Assembly (NCBI GenBank): GCA_963744995.1
Contig: CAVUWA010000002.1
Location: 544,001 to 608,000 of the forward strand
Length of the DNA: 64,000 nucleotides
Source of the DNA: Candidatus Eiseniibacteriota bacterium
GTDB taxonomy: Bacteria > Eisenbacteria > RBG-16-71-46
Reading direction: 5' to 3'
Shown: in pieces, positions 61,232-64,000 of the stretch
How positions within the stretch are numbered: the stretch's first letter is position 1
Layout of the letters: every line of letters begins with the position of its first letter
Notes under the pieces: generated by a model
The model's database searches: none
The model's input: the letters and a program-made list of their open reading frames with translations, nothing else
Told to the model about the DNA's origin: nothing
Program-made: the position numbers and the translations under genes

Positions 61232-64000
61232 ATGACCACCTTCGACTCGCCCAGGCTCACGGGTCCCGCGATTCCGGCGGACCGCACGGCAGGACCGGGT
61301 TCCACCCGGACTGCCGCCAGCTTCCTGCTGGCGCATGGGGACGATCCGCGTCGCGAATCACGGCGGATCGCGTTCGGGCTGCTGGCCCTGGCCGTGGTGA
61401 GCATCGCCTTCCTCAACGTCGGCATCTATCAGAGCACCGAGGCGCGGCTGAGCGAAGACGGCTGGAAGACGCTGGTCGCTCATACCGAAGGGAAGCGCCA
61501 GGAGATCCGCGAGGTGATCGAGCGGTTCAAGGGCCAGGGGCGCTATCTGGCCGGGCAGCCGCTGATCCAGCGCTGGGCGCAGCGCGCCGCGAGCGGCACC
61601 CTGACCGACGCGGAGCGCAGCGCGCTGGTGCTGGAGCTGGAGCGCTCGGCGAAGAGCTTCGGCGACCTGAGCCTGGATCTCTTCGGGGTCGAGGGCCATT
61701 CGCTCGCCGAGCGTCCCGACTACCGGCCGGTCGAGAACGAGCGCATCGTCGAGATGGTGCGTGAAACCGCGGCCCACGGCCGGATCAGGGTCGCGGAAGT
61801 GCACGACGAACGTTCCGGCCAGCGGCTCGTGGCGCTCACCGCACCGGTCGAAGACGCGTCGGTGCATGCGCGCGCCGTGCTCGTCTGCTACTCCCGCGTC
61901 GGCGAGATGCTGGAGCCGGTGCTCTCCCAGTGGACCGGTATCGAAGGCCGCGCGGGCGCCTATCTCGTCTCGCGCGAGGGGCAGCGGTTCGCGTACCTGT
62001 CGATGCCTCCGGGCGAGACGCCGGCGACGCACGAGGCCCACGGCATGCTCAGCGATCCGCGGGTCCGCCCCGCAGCGATGGCGGTGATCGGGGTCGAAGC
62101 CTCCGTCGAGACGGTCGGTCCGGAAGGGCGGCGGATCTGGTCCGTGACGCGCATGATTCCCGAACTCGGCTGGGGGCTCGTCGGTCAGGTCGACCGCGAC
62201 GAGATGATGGCGGGCATGTCCCGCACGCTGTACGGGCTGCTGCTGCTCGATCTCGGCATGCTGGTGCTCGCGATCGCGGCGTTCTGGTTCTGGCGCCGGC
62301 AATACGCCACGGGGCTCGCGCAGCGCGAGATCGAGATCACCCGCCGGCACGCCGAGCGCGTGCAGGCCCTGTTCGACAACGCCTTCGACGCGATCGTCAC
62401 GTTCGGCGCCGACGGCCGCGTGCGCAGCGCGAATCGTGCCGCCGAGCGGTTGTTCGGGCGCACGGCGGCCGAGATGCAGAACCACCCGATCCGGCAGTTC
62501 CTGCGCGAAGCCAGGGATGGCGAGGACATCGCCTCGGAGGCCTCCGGGGGGAGCGGCGTCGTGCGGCGCTCCGAAGTGCTGAGCGTCACCGGCGACATCA
62601 CTCCCGTCGAGTACTCGCTCGGCCAGTCCGGTGAGGGCGAGGACTTCGTGCACACGGCGATCCTGCGCGACATCAGCGAGCGGGTCGAGGCGGAACGCCG
62701 GATCCACCAGTTCGCCGAGGGACTGGAAGACAGCAACCGCCGGCTCGAAGAGGTGAACGCGCAGCTCGAACAGGCATCCCGGCTCAAGACCGAGTTCCTC
62801 GCCAACACCTCGCACGAGCTGCGCACCCCGCTCAACGGCATGATCGGGTTCCTGCAGCTGGTGCTCGACGGTCTGTGCGACGGGCCGGCCGAGGAGCGCG
62901 ATTACCTGAAACAGGCGCTGCAGTGCTCCCGGCACCTGCTGGGGCTGATCAACGACGTTCTCGACATCGCCAAGATCGAGGCCGGCAAGCTGACGCTGGA
63001 GATCGGCCGCGTGCAGGTGCGCGAGCTGTTCGACGAAGTCTACACCGTGACGCACGTGCAGGCCGCGCAGAAGGGCATCAAGCTGGTGTTCGACGGTCCG
63101 CCCGACGCCCATGCGACCGTGCGCGCCGACTTCGGCAAGATCAAGCAGGTGCTGATCAATCTCGTCGGCAACAGCCTCAAGTTCACGCCGAGGGGAACGA
63201 TCGAAGTGCGGGCCCGCGCGCAGGAGCACGTCGGTCACTACATGTTCGAGGTCGTGGACACGGGAATCGGAATTCCGGCGGACCGCCAGAAGGTGATCTT
63301 CGAGAAGTTCACCCAGGGTGACGGCAGCACGACGCGGCGGTTCGGCGGCACCGGGCTCGGCCTCGCGATCTCGCGGAGCCTGGTGGAGCTGATGGGCGGG
63401 ATCATCGGCGTGCACAGCGAGGGCGAAGGCAAAGGGACGCGCATGTATTTCTCCCTGCCGGTCTGGCGTGACGAGGAGGAGCTGGAGGACGCGCAGGAGT
63501 CCGACATCGAGCAGATCGCGGGGCCGACGGGTGGCGCGCTGGCGCTGATCGTCGAAGACGATCCGACCTTCCGCAAGTACGTGGCTGCGGTGCTGAACGC
63601 GCGCGGCTACCGGACCATCGAAGCGCGCAGCGCAGAGGTCGGCTGGCTGCTGGCGCGCCGCCTGCGTCCGGCCGTGGTGATCCTCGACTACGCTCTCACC
63701 AGCGCGGAAGGGGCCACGCTGCGCACCGGATGGGATCTCGCCGAGCGCCTCGCCGGCGACGAGGAGACGCGCCGCATCCCGCTGGTGTTCGTGACCGGAT
63801 TCGAGGGCGAGGTGCGGGAACGGATGCGTTCGACCGCATTCAGCCGCCGCCCCGAGCACATGGTGAAGCCCATCGACGACCGCCAGCTGATCCGCAAGAT
63901 CGACGCCATGGTGGGCGACGTCGGCGAGGCGCAGATCCGGGTCCTGATGGCGGACGACGATCCGTCGGTCGCGGCCTACATCCACAAGGTGCTGCCGCGC
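61232..64000 (+). CDS. Membrane-bound hybrid sensor histidine kinase (TM-extracytoplasmic sensor-TM-PAS-HisKA-HATPase-REC-REC...), runs off the window end
   Basis: Manual translation (no stop in the window, so absent from the ORF track): two TM segments, PAS-like ALFDNAFDAIV...NRAAERLFG, EFLANTSHELRTPLNG, NLVGNSLKFT, DTGIGI, GGTGLGL, LIVEDD...VILD, second receiver VLMADDD. Confidence 0.9.
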   Translation, partial: MTTFDSPRLTGPAIPADRTAGPGSTRTAASFLLAHGDDPRRESRRIAFGLLALAVVSIAFLNVGIYQSTEARLSEDGWKTLVAHTEGKRQEIREVIERFKGQGRYLAGQPLIQRWAQRAASGTLTDAERSALVLELERSAKSFGDLSLDLFGVEGHSLAERPDYRPVENERIVEMVRETAAHGRIRVAEVHDERSGQRLVALTAPVEDASVHARAVLVCYSRVGEMLEPVLSQWTGIEGRAGAYLVSREGQRFAYLSMPPGETPATHEAHGMLSDPRVRPAAMAVIGVEASVETVGPEGRRIWSVTRMIPELGWGLVGQVDRDEMMAGMSRTLYGLLLLDLGMLVLAIAAFWFWRRQYATGLAQREIEITRRHAERVQALFDNAFDAIVTFGADGRVRSANRAAERLFGRTAAEMQNHPIRQFLREARDGEDIASEASGGSGVVRRSEVLSVTGDITPVEYSLGQSGEGEDFVHTAILRDISERVEAERRIHQFAEGLEDSNRRLEEVNAQLEQASRLKTEFLANTSHELRTPLNGMIGFLQLVLDGLCDGPAEERDYLKQALQCSRHLLGLINDVLDIAKIEAGKLTLEIGRVQVRELFDEVYTVTHVQAAQKGIKLVFDGPPDAHATVRADFGKIKQVLINLVGNSLKFTPRGTIEVRARAQEHVGHYMFEVVDTGIGIPADRQKVIFEKFTQGDGSTTRRFGGTGLGLAISRSLVELMGGIIGVHSEGEGKGTRMYFSLPVWRDEEELEDAQESDIEQIAGPTGGALALIVEDDPTFRKYVAAVLNARGYRTIEARSAEVGWLLARRLRPAVVILDYALTSAEGATLRTGWDLAERLAGDEETRRIPLVFVTGFEGEVRERMRSTAFSRRPEHMVKPIDDRQLIRKIDAMVGDVGEAQIRVLMADDDPSVAAYIHKVLPR

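Overview
High-GC bacterial chromosomal window, mostly housekeeping genes on the + strand. It holds yicC-gmk-rpoZ-coaBC-udg-dnaB-mlaEFD, radA-ispD-ispF-gltX-ddl-M42-cysS (cysS has a +1 frameshift), five tRNAs, two near-identical tuf copies, secE-nusG-rplK-[orphan ORF]-rplA-rplJL-rpoBC, the complete str/S10/spc/alpha ribosomal cluster, and the 5' part of a hybrid sensor kinase. Gene order and the RpoC segment [16 protein letters not shown] suggest an FCB-related lineage such as Ca. Eisenbacteria or a Gemmatimonadota/Latescibacterota relative; this is inference, not checked. The best candidate for an undescribed system lies between cysS and the tRNAs (~22.2-26.1 kb). A sigma70-type promoter precedes a 109-aa secreted precursor-like protein and a TPR-repeat sigma54 enhancer-binding protein. 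These are followed by a putative enhancer, an IHF-like site, a near-consensus sigma54 promoter and a ~440-nt hairpin-rich, apparently non-coding transcript. The layout suggests a peptide-sensing circuit (RRNPP-like input) with a sigma54-dependent sRNA output. A second unexplained element (14197-14350) has 30-bp inverted arms enclosing GGA-loop hairpins that resemble CsrA/RsmA sites.
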